A program made the translations under genes and the position numbers. Shown piece after piece: positions 1 to 9,628 of a stretch of 64,000 nt of DNA; the stretch's first letter is position 1, and each line of letters opens with the position of its first letter. The stretch comes from Nitrospirales bacterium (GTDB lineage Bacteria; Nitrospirota; Nitrospiria; Nitrospirales; UBA8639), in assembly GCA_965223295.1 (NCBI GenBank), contig CBDCWC010000002.1, positions 512,001 through 576,000 of the forward strand. The letters run 5' to 3'. The notes under the pieces are model-generated. The model was not told where the DNA came from and made no database searches. It saw only the letters and a list, made by a program, of their open reading frames with translations.

Positions 1-2
1 AT

Positions 3-1130
3 CAAGATACGGCTGCTCAACGCCTTCAGGAAATTCAGAGTTTACTCGAGAAATTTGATGCGGCACCCCAACAGACTCAAGCCATTAGGTTTGCGTTAAA
101 TCAGTTGCCGGCGACAGAAGGATTTGATCAGGGTATTCAGAAGATGAAGCAAGATGGAGTGACGACTTTGCTGATTGATCTTGGTTGCCAACGAAGGGCA
201 TTGATCGGGGTCTCTTCGCAGGAGTCGCTTCCACCTCTCGTGGAGCTCCAAGCCTTATTGCGAAACTATGCTCAACGAATTCATTCTGTCGGGCTACTCA
301 TGTATGTGGGGGTTAATCTTCGCTGTCTAGGTCATTGGGCACCTTCACAGCATCAGGTTTGGCAGGACCTGACCTATCAGATTGCAACAGGAACCTCAAA
401 TCCTTCGAAACAGTTCGATCTGTTTCATCCCGCCTATCAGGAATTTTTGATACGTTTTCTAATCAGGCTCTGCAACGAAGGTGTGGATGGTCTGGTGTTT
501 CTGAATGATCATCCTCTTGGGATGTACGATGGAGTCACTCGAATTGGGGTCAAGCGATTTGAAAAACAATTTGGGGTGAGCTTTGATCCCGCGCGAATTT
601 TTCATAAGGGGTTTGATCCCATCAAGAATTCTAAACGCTCAAAAGGCACTTCTGGGATGAAGGGGGTCAATCAGAAAAATGCGTTGTTTTGGCGATGGGC
701 GGGGTGGAAAGCTCGAGAACGACTAACGATTCTTGAAACAGTCGTGGATCGTCTTCGTGCGCAGTATCCTGCCGTGCAGTTTGGCTTAGAGCTGCATCCA
801 CATGGATTGACGAATCCGGTGGGCGCATTAGTTGAGTATGGAGAAGATGCCATGGATGCGACGGGCCGCCCTTTTTCATTTTTCTTTGTGAGACCAGAAA
901 TTGATCGACGCTCAACATTTACTGAGCAAGCCGTCGTAGAGAAGTTGCGCCGTATTTCAACGAAAGCCGTTCTTGATCGCTTACTCCCCGCAGTTGATAA
1001 TCCGCGGCGAGTGTGGGTCAGTATGCCTGCCAAAAGTGGACAACGTCTCCGTCAGCAAGCAGAGCATTCTCCTCTACACGATTTTCCTTCGGGGATAGGT
1101 GTAGTCCACGATCTCCGTGCCTTTTCTTAA
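3..1130 (+). CDS. PgaB C-terminal (GH153/GHL13)-like glycoside hydrolase domain protein, 5'-truncated by window edge
   Basis: Frame is open from position 3. Segments FDLFHPAYQEFL..VDGLVFLND and FWRWAGWKARE resemble the PgaB C-terminal TIM barrel. Confidence 0.5.
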   Translation, partial: QDTAAQRLQEIQSLLEKFDAAPQQTQAIRFALNQLPATEGFDQGIQKMKQDGVTTLLIDLGCQRRALIGVSSQESLPPLVELQALLRNYAQRIHSVGLLMYVGVNLRCLGHWAPSQHQVWQDLTYQIATGTSNPSKQFDLFHPAYQEFLIRFLIRLCNEGVDGLVFLNDHPLGMYDGVTRIGVKRFEKQFGVSFDPARIFHKGFDPIKNSKRSKGTSGMKGVNQKNALFWRWAGWKARERLTILETVVDRLRAQYPAVQFGLELHPHGLTNPVGALVEYGEDAMDATGRPFSFFFVRPEIDRRSTFTEQAVVEKLRRISTKAVLDRLLPAVDNPRRVWVSMPAKSGQRLRQQAEHSPLHDFPSGIGVVHDLRAFS

Positions 1131-1283
1131 GCCCTCAGGAACTGCTTTCTTTTGCCCTCTCATGAGAGATTGTTTTTGCTTCTTCGAAACAATCGATAGG
1201 AATGTCAGAAATTGGTAAAGCCCGAGAGATCTAGGTTAGACCAGAACTGAATAGACAATATGATAGTAAAAAAAGGGGGAGAG

Positions 1284-1667
1284 ATGGAACCTCAGGATCT
1301 GCGTTATCACAAAGAACATGAATGGGTTCGTATTGAAGGGAAAAGGGCGACGTTAGGAATTAGCAATTTTGCTCAAGATGCGTTGGGCGATGTGGTGTTT
1401 GTTGATCTTCCGCAGGTTGGAGCCAAGCTGTCGGCGGAAGCTGAACTCGGTGAAGTGGAGTCTACAAAAGCGACTTCGACTATATATTCCCCTTTATCGG
1501 GGGCAGTGGTCGCAATTAATCAAGACTTAGAAGAGCATCCTGAATTGTTAAATCAAGACCCCTATGGTCGCGGATGGATTGCTGTATTAGAACTGTCTAA
1601 TCCCAGTGAAGTGGATAGGCTCATGACTGCTGAGCGATATGAATCCTTTTTAACATCTGAAGCATAA
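1284..1667 (+). CDS. gcvH: glycine cleavage system H protein (lipoyl carrier)
   Basis: LRYHKEHEW, GISNFAQDALGDVVFV, VESTKA lipoyl-Lys motif, NQDPYGRGW. ATG at 1284 follows GGGGGAGAG. Confidence 0.95.
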   Translation: MEPQDLRYHKEHEWVRIEGKRATLGISNFAQDALGDVVFVDLPQVGAKLSAEAELGEVESTKATSTIYSPLSGAVVAINQDLEEHPELLNQDPYGRGWIAVLELSNPSEVDRLMTAERYESFLTSEA

Positions 1668-3073
1668 TGTCGAGACCCAAACATATTCTTATTATTGGTG
1701 CAGGACCCGGAGGCTATGTGGCTGCGATTCGGGCGGCACAACTCGGTGCTAAAGTGACGGTGGTTGAAGAACAAGCCGTGGGTGGGGTTTGTCTAAACTG
1801 GGGCTGTATTCCTAGTAAAACACTCTTGAATCTTGTGGACCTTGGAGAGCGAGCTCGGCATGCTGAAGCATGGGGGCTCACCTTTGAAGGTCCGATTGGT
1901 TTTGATCTTACGCGAATGATTGCTCGAAAGAATGAAGTGGTGCAGTCTTTAGTGAAAGGGATTACCACTTTATTCAAACATTGGGATATCCAGCATATCA
2001 GTGGACGCGGTACCTTGGTGACTGAGCGGCAGGTGCGCGTGACTTATGAAGATGAGAGCACGAGTCTCTTGGAAGGCGATGCAATAGTGTTGGCGACTGG
2101 GTCCTCATGGCCGCAATTACCTCAATTTCCTCTTGACGGTCAGAAGGTTCTTTCAAGTAAAGATGCCCTGGATTTAACAGAGATTCCGAAAAGTGTGCTG
2201 ATCGTCGGTGGTGGCGTTGAGGGTTGTGAGTTTGCGTGTTTATTGAGTGGACTGGGGAGCCAGGTGACACTTGTTGAGATGATGCCCACGGTGTTGCCGA
2301 CTGAAGATAGTGACACCATTGCGATGCTCACTCGGGAATTCAAAAAGCGTAAAATTCAGCTCTACGTGAATACGACAATTGAAACATGGGCATTCACCCA
2401 AGGGGGAATTCAGGCTACTCTCGATTCAGGGGAGACCGTGTCGGCAGAGAAGATGCTTGTTTCGGTAGGGCGCCGTATGAATTCCAGTGACCTCGGATTA
2501 GAATCTGTCGGTGTACAAATCGGAAAACGAGCGGAGATTTTAGTGAATGATCATATGGAGACTTCGGTTCCAGGTGTGTATGCCATTGGGGATGTCACCG
2601 GGAAATCTATGTTGGCTCATGTGGCGTCAGCTCAAGGGAAAGTTGCTGCGTCCAATGCCATGGGCGTTTCTCAGACAATGAATTATGACGTGATCCCTGC
2701 AGGCATCTTTACGCTTCCAGAAATTGGACGAGTGGGCTTGACGGAACAACAAGTACGGGAACAAGGCATACAGCCAATGATCGGACGGTTTCGTTATGGA
2801 GGACTGGGAAAAGCTCAGGCTGTTGGTGAAACCACGGGACAGTTTAAAGTTATCGCAGATCAACAATCTCAAAAAATTGTAGGCGTGCATATTGTCGGTT
2901 CCCATGCGGCAGACCTTATCCATGAAGGCGCATTAGCCATGTATTCAGGTATCACTGTCTCTGGCGTAGCTAATATGATTCATGCGCATCCCACTCTATC
3001 GGAAGGTTTTATGGAAGCGGTTGAGGACATTGAAGGTTTGGCCATTCACCAGGCTAGGAAGCGCCCGTCTTAG
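1667..3073 (+). CDS. lpdA: dihydrolipoyl dehydrogenase
   Basis: GAGPGGYVAAIRAAQLG, GGVCLNWGCIPSK redox disulfide, HAHPTLSE. TAATG overlap with gcvH. Confidence 0.95.
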   Translation: MSRPKHILIIGAGPGGYVAAIRAAQLGAKVTVVEEQAVGGVCLNWGCIPSKTLLNLVDLGERARHAEAWGLTFEGPIGFDLTRMIARKNEVVQSLVKGITTLFKHWDIQHISGRGTLVTERQVRVTYEDESTSLLEGDAIVLATGSSWPQLPQFPLDGQKVLSSKDALDLTEIPKSVLIVGGGVEGCEFACLLSGLGSQVTLVEMMPTVLPTEDSDTIAMLTREFKKRKIQLYVNTTIETWAFTQGGIQATLDSGETVSAEKMLVSVGRRMNSSDLGLESVGVQIGKRAEILVNDHMETSVPGVYAIGDVTGKSMLAHVASAQGKVAASNAMGVSQTMNYDVIPAGIFTLPEIGRVGLTEQQVREQGIQPMIGRFRYGGLGKAQAVGETTGQFKVIADQQSQKIVGVHIVGSHAADLIHEGALAMYSGITVSGVANMIHAHPTLSEGFMEAVEDIEGLAIHQARKRPS

Positions 3074-3091
3074 TCGTCTGGAAAAAACTGG

Positions 3092-3592
3092 ATGATTATG
3101 CCTTTCTGGAATCCCCATCTCTATGAACTGTCTTGGAAAACATCCCTAGCTCTGAAAAGTGCCATTTTGGTCGTCGGCATTGCAGGTATAATGTGGATGG
3201 GTTGGCCATCTGCACCCATCGGCGAATTGGGATCTGACTTGCCCACTGTGGTTGTCTCACAGCCTCAGAAGTTTCCGGTTGTCTCTGTCCGACATAACTT
3301 TTCCAAGAAGCCTCCTGGTAGGAATGTCGTGAGTAATCTCCAAAAACCAGGTCGGCGGATTGGTGATCTTGCATTATCAGTTGATCTCAATCACAGTTCT
3401 CAACAGGACCTAGAAGCCTTGCCTGGCATTGGCCCAGTATTAGCCGACCGAATTGTTACGTATCGTTCAGCGAACGGAAATTTTCAACATATCGACGAAT
3501 TAGTGAATGTTTCAGGAATTGGTCAGAAACGACTTCAACAGCTTCAGCCATTTGTGAAAGTTAAAAGCACCGTCGATAATCTTGGGAGTTAA
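3092..3592 (+). CDS. comEA: ComEA-family helix-hairpin-helix DNA-binding protein
   Basis: N-terminal TM helix; VDLNHSSQQDLEALPGIGPVLADRIV..VSGIG HhH motifs. Confidence 0.8.
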   Translation: MIMPFWNPHLYELSWKTSLALKSAILVVGIAGIMWMGWPSAPIGELGSDLPTVVVSQPQKFPVVSVRHNFSKKPPGRNVVSNLQKPGRRIGDLALSVDLNHSSQQDLEALPGIGPVLADRIVTYRSANGNFQHIDELVNVSGIGQKRLQQLQPFVKVKSTVDNLGS

Positions 3593-3609
3593 TATTTTCT
3601 ATCTAGAAA

Positions 3610-4839
3610 GTGACTGACGTGCTATCGGAACTTGATCGACAATTAGCCCTTATCCTTCGAGGAACTGTTGAAGTGATTCAGCTTGACGAGCTGAAAGCCA
3701 AATTAGCTTCGTCCTTGAAAGAGCAACGTCCTTTGAAGATAAAAGCAGGGTTTGATCCAACGGCTCCTGACTTACATCTTGGGCACACCGTGCTGATTCA
3801 GAAGCTGAAACATTTTCAAGATTTAGGGCATCAAGTTATTTTTCTCATCGGAGATTTTACTGGAATGATTGGGGATCCCAGTGGAGTATCTGAGACTCGG
3901 AAGGCTTTAACAAAAGAGCAAGTATTAGCGAACGCTAAAACCTATGAACAACAAATTTTTAAGACCCTAGACCCGAAAAAAACCCAAATTGAATTTAATA
4001 GTCGTTGGATGAGTGAGATGCGAACAGAAGCTTTGGTTGCTTTGTGCTCACATTATAGTGTGGCTCGCATGTTAGAGCGTGACGATTTTTCTAAACGTTA
4101 TCGAGATCAAAAGCCTATTAGTATCCATGAATTTCTGTATCCACTGGTTCAGGGGTATGATTCGGTGGCTTTAGAATCAGACGTTGAATTGGGCGGGACT
4201 GATCAAAAATTTAATTTGTTGGTGGGGCGGGATTTGCAGCGTGACTATGGGCAAAAGCCACAGGTGGTACTCACGATGCCATTATTAGAGGGGACAGATG
4301 GTGTCCGAAAAATGAGTAAGAGCTTTGGCAACGTTATTGCGTTAGAAGATTGTCCTGCAGATATGTTTGGAAAGTTAATGTCAATCAGCGATGACCTGAT
4401 GATGCGATATTATGAATTGTTGACTATTTCGAACCTGGATGAGGTGAAACAACAGCACCCCATGGAAGCCAAAAAGCAATTGGCAATGCAGTTGGTACAA
4501 CAATACCATGGTCTGGAAGGTGCGGAAGAAGGGAGGGCCGATTTTCAACAGCGCTTTCAAAAGCGAGATTTTCCGGATGAACCGGATGCATATATCGTGC
4601 TTACAGAACAAGACTTTAAGGATCCCAATGATCTCTCTTTCTCTTTAGTTGATATTTTGCTAAGGACGGAATTAGTGCCGAGTAAGGGTGAAGCGCGCCG
4701 GCTTATTTCTCAAAATGCCATTCAAGTTGATGGAAAAAAAATAAACGACAGTAACGGTGTCGTTTCTTTTACGCCAAAACAAAAAGTTTCTCTGAAAATT
4801 GGTAAACGTAAATTTGCAGTGATTGAAATGAGTAGTTGA
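3610..4839 (+). CDS. tyrS: tyrosine--tRNA ligase
   Basis: [13 protein letters not shown] (HIGH), KMSKS, C-terminal S4 domain. Confidence 0.97.
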   Translation: MTDVLSELDRQLALILRGTVEVIQLDELKAKLASSLKEQRPLKIKAGFDPTAPDLHLGHTVLIQKLKHFQDLGHQVIFLIGDFTGMIGDPSGVSETRKALTKEQVLANAKTYEQQIFKTLDPKKTQIEFNSRWMSEMRTEALVALCSHYSVARMLERDDFSKRYRDQKPISIHEFLYPLVQGYDSVALESDVELGGTDQKFNLLVGRDLQRDYGQKPQVVLTMPLLEGTDGVRKMSKSFGNVIALEDCPADMFGKLMSISDDLMMRYYELLTISNLDEVKQQHPMEAKKQLAMQLVQQYHGLEGAEEGRADFQQRFQKRDFPDEPDAYIVLTEQDFKDPNDLSFSLVDILLRTELVPSKGEARRLISQNAIQVDGKKINDSNGVVSFTPKQKVSLKIGKRKFAVIEMSS

Positions 4840-4921
4840 TAGATTAGAGTCTTGTGCTTTGACTAAGCCATCCTTGACTAACCTGTAGCTCCTACCTAGA
4901 ATGCCATACCTAACCTGTTGA

Positions 4922-4996
4922 GCGGGCGTAGCTCAGTGGTAGAGTCCTTGCTTCCCAAGCAAGTTGTCGTGGGTTCAAATCCCATCGCCCGCTCCA
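4922..4996 (+). tRNA. tRNA-Gly(CCC)
   Basis: Cloverleaf GCGGGCG/CGCCCGC; anticodon arm CTTGC-TTCCCAA-GCAAG; TTCAAAT T-loop; encoded CCA. Confidence 0.97.
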
Positions 4997-5731
4997 ATCG
5001 CATTCCCTCTATTCAATATCAGTCTGCTTTAGAGAAACACTCCCATAATGGCACCATCTGTTGAAACAAGGTCGCCTCTCGCGAACCTATGAAGCACTGG
5101 TGGTGAGGTAAACCGAAAGCCATGTCGGTGCCGGCAATTTGTAACTGGCGAGTGATTGATTTCGGCACGAGCAGATTTCGTCAATTCCTTTCGTCTGTAA
5201 AAAGCTTTGAATGCCATGGTGTATCAGACACTTTTGATGCCTATACGCTTGGATAGACTTTTGACGTATCTGTCGTCTCTCAGGCTGTATAGAAGAACAA
5301 TCTTGATGAACATGAAAGTCTCTAGTCAAAGTTTTTATGATTTTCATTGATCTCATGTAATTTGAATAAGAACATTACGATCAGAGAGAAAATACATTTA
5401 ACACATGTAACGTAAGTCCACTTGAATGTAGCATGCATAGTTTTTATGTGAGTTAGTTTTGAGAGTTAAAAAACTCGAAGCTAACCAAACAAGTTAAGCC
5501 GAAAAGTAAAATGTTAGAATAGCCCAAGATCAAGAATTTGAAGCTCCTCCCATTTCAGTTCTTTTCTTAATTGTTGTATTCACAATTACTGCATTGTATT
5601 CCCAAAAAGTCTTTTGTTTTTTTCTTACAGGTTTCGGGGTTCTTGCCGAGAAAGGAAAGCTATAGGAGAGAGTTTCTCGTTGATCAGAAACAGGGAGCGA
5701 AACCCCTCTACTTGAAATTTATATATTTGGC

Positions 5732-5819
5732 CTCTTCTCGATAAGGGCAAACTCATCGTGAGGTGAGGACGCAAAGCCACGGGTCAGCGTGACTGATAGC
5801 CGGGTTACCGAAAGAAGGG
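5732..5819 (+). ncRNA. c-di-GMP-I (GEMM-I) riboswitch, intact
   Basis: CG-ATAAGGGCAAAC-TCATC-GTGA-GGTGA-GGACGCAAAGCC-ACGGGTCAG..CTGATAGCC-GGGTTACCG matches the class I consensus. Equivalents of Vc2 G20, A47 and C92 are present. Confidence 0.92.
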
Positions 5820-5861
5820 AAGACGTGGGGATGAGGCCTTTTTTTGCGAAGGAGGTATCTC

Positions 5862-8800
5862 ATGTCCAACGTTCTATCCCACCCTTTCATTCAAAAGACG
5901 CTAGTTGGATTTGGATTGTTGTTTAGTCTCGTCCTTTTTTCTGCTCCCGTTCAATCTGCCGAAACTCTGCAATGGGATGAGAACACGGAGCCAGATTTAG
6001 CCGGATACATTGTTTATCAAGGTACAACAGCGGGATCCTATGAGACTCCTATAGATGTGGGGAACGTCACAAGCTACACGGTATCGGACCTCGAACCTGA
6101 TACGACGTATTATTTTGCGGTCACGGCTCATGACACGGGGGGGAACGAAAGTGGGCCTTCCAATGAAGTGAGCATACATGTTGCGGCGCCGCCGGACGAC
6201 ACGTCGCCTACAGTGATGCTCACTTCGCCTACTTCAGGTTCGACTCTATCGGGAACTGTCATGTTGCAGGCCGAGGCGAGTGATGATACAGGGGTGGCGG
6301 GTGTACAGTTCAAGATGAACGGGACGAACTGGGGAGCTGAGGACACGACGGCCCCCTATGTTATGGCGTGGGATACGACGACTGTAACGCCAGGGGCCTA
6401 TACGTTGACAGCCGTGGCGCGAGATGCGGCAGGCAACACGGCTTCGTCGATCTCGGTGCAGGTGACCGTGACGGAGACGGAGGGAGGCTCGCGCGTGACG
6501 GCTGGGTTAGTAGCTTTGTATGAGTTTACTGAGGGGGCCGGGGCCACGGTGGCGGATACTTCAGGGATGGGCACGCCGCTAGATTTAACCATTGCAGATG
6601 TAAACGATGTGACGTGGCGACCAGGTGTGGGTGCCCTGCAGGTGAACGCGGAGACCATCGTCAGTTCAGACGGGCCTGCAACTAAGGTGCACACGGCGCT
6701 GATGGCCAGTAACGCGGTCACAGTAGAGGCCTGGGTGAATCCGGCCAATCTGACCCAGAACGGCCCGGCCCGCATTGTGAGCCTCTCGGCCTCACCCTAT
6801 TTGCGAAATTTAACGCTTGGACAGGGGGTGTTTAGTAGTGCAAGCGATCGACTTGAAGTACGCTTGCGGACAAGCAGCACGAGCTTGAATGGAACGCCGG
6901 CGGTTCCGACCGCCGAGGGCACACTGGCTGATAGATTACAACATATGGTCTACACGCGGGATGCCGCGGGCAACGTGAAGATTTACCTGGATAACACCAT
7001 CTTAGCCACGAGCACAGTCGGAGGGGACTTCAGCACGTGGGATACCACGATGCCGCTGGTACTGGCGAATGAGGTGAATGGGGAACGGGCATGGTTGGGC
7101 GAGTATCACTTAGTTGCGATTTACGACATGGCCCTGACGACGGCCCAAGTTACCCAGAACTTCACGGCGGGACCTAGGGGTAAGGGAGGAGCAACAAACC
7201 AAGCGCCGACGGTAACAGCCGGACTGGATCAGGCGGTCACGTTACCAACGGCAGTGACGTTAGATGGGACGGTGACAGATGATGGGTTGCCAACCCCACC
7301 GATGGTCAGCACGCTCTGGAGTGTGACAAGTGGGCCGGGGCCGGTGACGTTTGGGGCGGCGACGTCGGTGGATACGACGGCAAGCTTCACGGTGGCAGGA
7401 GTGTATGTACTGCGGCTGACAGCGGATGATGGTGAGTTGACCGCCTTTGATGAGGTCATGGTGCATATGGCGGCCCCACCAGATGAGACGCCGCCAACAG
7501 TGGCGCTGACTGCGCCGACAGCCGGAGCGACTCTCACAGGGACGGTCACGGTACGGGCCGACGCAAGTGATAATCGAGGGGTTGTTGGTGTGCAGTTCCA
7601 GATGAATGGGACAAATTGGGGAACCGAAGATGCGACGACGCCCTACAGCCGGGTGTGGGATACGTCCACTGCGACGCCAGGAGCCTATACAATCACAGCG
7701 GTGGCCCGAGATGCGGCGGGTAATGCAAGTACTTCAGTGCCAGTGACGGTGCACATTGCGGCCCCACCGGATGAGATGCCGCCAACGGTGGTGCTGACTG
7801 CGCCGACAGCCGGAGCAACTCTCACAGGAACGGTTACGCTGCAAGCAGCGGCGAATGATGATCAAGGAGTCGCTGGCGTGCAATTCCAAATGAATGGGAC
7901 GAATTGGGGCGCTGAGGACACGACGGCACCCTATAGCCGGGTGTGGGATACGTCCACTGCGACGCCAGGGGCCTACACAGTAACAGCTGTGGCTCGAGAT
8001 GTAGCGGGCAATACGGGTACCTCGGCCCCGGTGACGGTGCATATTGCAGCTCCGCCTCCACCGGCACAACTACCAACCCTCACCAGTCCCGAGGTGGGAT
8101 CAATTTTATCAGGGTCGACAATAAAGCTTTCTTGGAATCCGAATACGACCTCAGTCAGTGAGTGGTGGCTGTACGTCGGCAGCAAACAAGGTAGTAAGGA
8201 CATTTTAAATACTGGTTCCATGGCGAGTAGTACGCTCTCTCGGACGGTGTCGAACTTGCCAACGAATGGCCAGCCGGTGTGGGTGCGCTTGTGGTGGAAG
8301 TCGGGAGGAGGCTGGCAGTCAGAGGACTATGCCTATACTGCTGCTAGCGTCACTAACAGCACCCCAGCGATCAGTAGTCCTGCTGCGCAATCGACGTTCG
8401 CAGATAGTACAGTCACATTCAAGTGGACTCCCCACACGACCGCGGTGAGCGAGTGGTGGCTGTACGTCGGCAGCAAACAAGGTAGTAAGGACATCTTAAA
8501 TACTGGTTCCATGGCGAGTAGTACACTCTCTCGGACGGTGTCGAACTTGCCAACGAATGGCCAGCCGGTGTGGGTGCGCTTGTGGTGGAAGTCGGGAGGA
8601 GGCTGGCAGTCAGAGGACTATGCCTATACTGCTGCTAGCGTCACTAACAGCACCCCAGCGATCAGTAGTCCTGCTGCGCAATCGACGTTCGCAGATAGTA
8701 CAGTCACATTCAAGTGGACTCCCCACACGACCACGGTGAGCGAGTGGTGGCTGTACGTCGGCAGCAAAAAAAGTAGCAAGGATATCTTTAACAGTGGTTC

Positions 8801-8939
8801 TATGGGGAGTAGTACGCTCTCCCGGACGGTCTCAAATATACCGACAAACGGCCAGCCAGTGTGGGTACGGCTGTGGTGGAAGACCGGGGGTGTCTGGCAG
8901 TCAGAGGACTATGCCTATACTGCTGCAACTTCTCAATAA
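5862..8939 (+). CDS. large secreted multidomain surface protein (signal peptide, FN3, bacterial Ig-like x3, LamG/ConA-like lectin, PKD-like, three C-terminal Trp-rich repeats)
   Basis: GGAGG RBS at 5851; signal peptide ending VQSA; FN3 (YTVSDLEPDTTYYFAVTA); DTSPTV..ASDDTGVAGVQF..WDT..LTAVARDAAGN repeats; LamG-like TVEAWV..HMVYTRD..IYLD. Confidence 0.85.
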   Translation: MSNVLSHPFIQKTLVGFGLLFSLVLFSAPVQSAETLQWDENTEPDLAGYIVYQGTTAGSYETPIDVGNVTSYTVSDLEPDTTYYFAVTAHDTGGNESGPSNEVSIHVAAPPDDTSPTVMLTSPTSGSTLSGTVMLQAEASDDTGVAGVQFKMNGTNWGAEDTTAPYVMAWDTTTVTPGAYTLTAVARDAAGNTASSISVQVTVTETEGGSRVTAGLVALYEFTEGAGATVADTSGMGTPLDLTIADVNDVTWRPGVGALQVNAETIVSSDGPATKVHTALMASNAVTVEAWVNPANLTQNGPARIVSLSASPYLRNLTLGQGVFSSASDRLEVRLRTSSTSLNGTPAVPTAEGTLADRLQHMVYTRDAAGNVKIYLDNTILATSTVGGDFSTWDTTMPLVLANEVNGERAWLGEYHLVAIYDMALTTAQVTQNFTAGPRGKGGATNQAPTVTAGLDQAVTLPTAVTLDGTVTDDGLPTPPMVSTLWSVTSGPGPVTFGAATSVDTTASFTVAGVYVLRLTADDGELTAFDEVMVHMAAPPDETPPTVALTAPTAGATLTGTVTVRADASDNRGVVGVQFQMNGTNWGTEDATTPYSRVWDTSTATPGAYTITAVARDAAGNASTSVPVTVHIAAPPDEMPPTVVLTAPTAGATLTGTVTLQAAANDDQGVAGVQFQMNGTNWGAEDTTAPYSRVWDTSTATPGAYTVTAVARDVAGNTGTSAPVTVHIAAPPPPAQLPTLTSPEVGSILSGSTIKLSWNPNTTSVSEWWLYVGSKQGSKDILNTGSMASSTLSRTVSNLPTNGQPVWVRLWWKSGGGWQSEDYAYTAASVTNSTPAISSPAAQSTFADSTVTFKWTPHTTAVSEWWLYVGSKQGSKDILNTGSMASSTLSRTVSNLPTNGQPVWVRLWWKSGGGWQSEDYAYTAASVTNSTPAISSPAAQSTFADSTVTFKWTPHTTTVSEWWLYVGSKKSSKDIFNSGSMGSSTLSRTVSNIPTNGQPVWVRLWWKTGGVWQSEDYAYTAATSQ
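8073..8936 (+). repeat. three tandem 291-bp (97-aa) intragenic repeats
   Basis: AGTGGTGGCTGTACGTCGGCAGCAAA recurs at 8161, 8452 and 8743 (period 291). Segment 8161-8451 is nearly identical to 8452-8742. Confidence 0.95.
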
Positions 8940-8952
8940 ATAGAATGCATTG

Positions 8953-8977
8953 GGGAGCCGAGGGTAACTCGGTTCCC
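8953..8977 (+). terminator. GC-rich hairpin after surface-protein gene (no U-tract)
   Basis: GGGAGCCGAG-GGTAA-CTCGGTTCCC. Confidence 0.4.
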
Positions 8978-9500
8978 TGTGCGATGGCGAGAGAGATGAT
9001 CGGAGCGACCCTGAGGCACGCTCTGTGAAAGCCCTAGATCGAGAGGTCCTTGCGATAACCCTATAGCTTCCCGACTCTCTACAAGAATGATTTTGGAAAA
9101 AATTAAAGCCTCATGGCATAACTTTAGAAGTTGAGTCAAAAGATTTTGAGCTGTATTTTGGCACGAGGAGAAAGTGTATAGGTATTTATTAAATAGATAG
9201 AAGATCTTCCTAATTAATCCTTAAAAGATTTTTGTATAGTGAATATTGACACAAAAAAACTTTAAGCTAGCATTTCATATAGTTAAAAAATAGACTGTTG
9301 GCATCATCTAGAATTAGCCTGTTTAGGCTCCTTCCGTTTTAATTTTTTTCTTCATTATCGTTCTACAATTTCTGCTTTTTATTTTCAGGAATTCTGCTGT
9401 TTCTTTCCTTCAGTATTATCTTTTTTTCCCGAAAGATAAATGCAGACGTTAGTTTTTGGAATTGTAGCGAAAAATCTCTTCTAAAATTCAATTTTCAAGG

Positions 9501-9589
9501 TCTTTTCCCGATAAGGGAAGACTCATTGTGAGGTGAGGACGCAAAGCCACGGGTCAGTACCACTAAGAGCTGGGTTTTCGAATGATGAG
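9501..9589 (+). ncRNA. c-di-GMP-I riboswitch paralog, variant/degenerate
   Basis: Shares GTGAGGTGAGGACGCAAAGCCACGGGTCAG with the first copy, but GGGCAAAC becomes GGGAAGAC and GGGTTACCG becomes GGGTTTTCG. Confidence 0.75.
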
Positions 9590-9628
9590 AAGACGTGGAG
9601 GCGAGGCCTTTCCCCAGGGAGGTATTTC

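Noticed and set aside
5029-5356. Short minus-strand ORFs after tRNA-Gly as an integrase remnant (HRHGFR)
   Set aside because: Only a chance-level motif; no other tyrosine-recombinase boxes and no duplicated tRNA 3' end (att) seen.
5626-5652. Possible sigma28 promoter (..GCCGAGAA) upstream of riboswitch 1
   Set aside because: The -35 match and spacing are poor and the -10 is not preserved in the paralogous leader; too weak to call.
8161-8926. Tandem repeats as a CRISPR array or DGR template/variable pair
   Set aside because: Units are 291-bp in-frame coding repeats with no spacers, the few differences are not adenine-specific, and no cas or reverse transcriptase gene is present.
9159-9175. 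TGGCACG as a sigma54 -24 box
   Set aside because: No TTGC/TGC at the -12 position.
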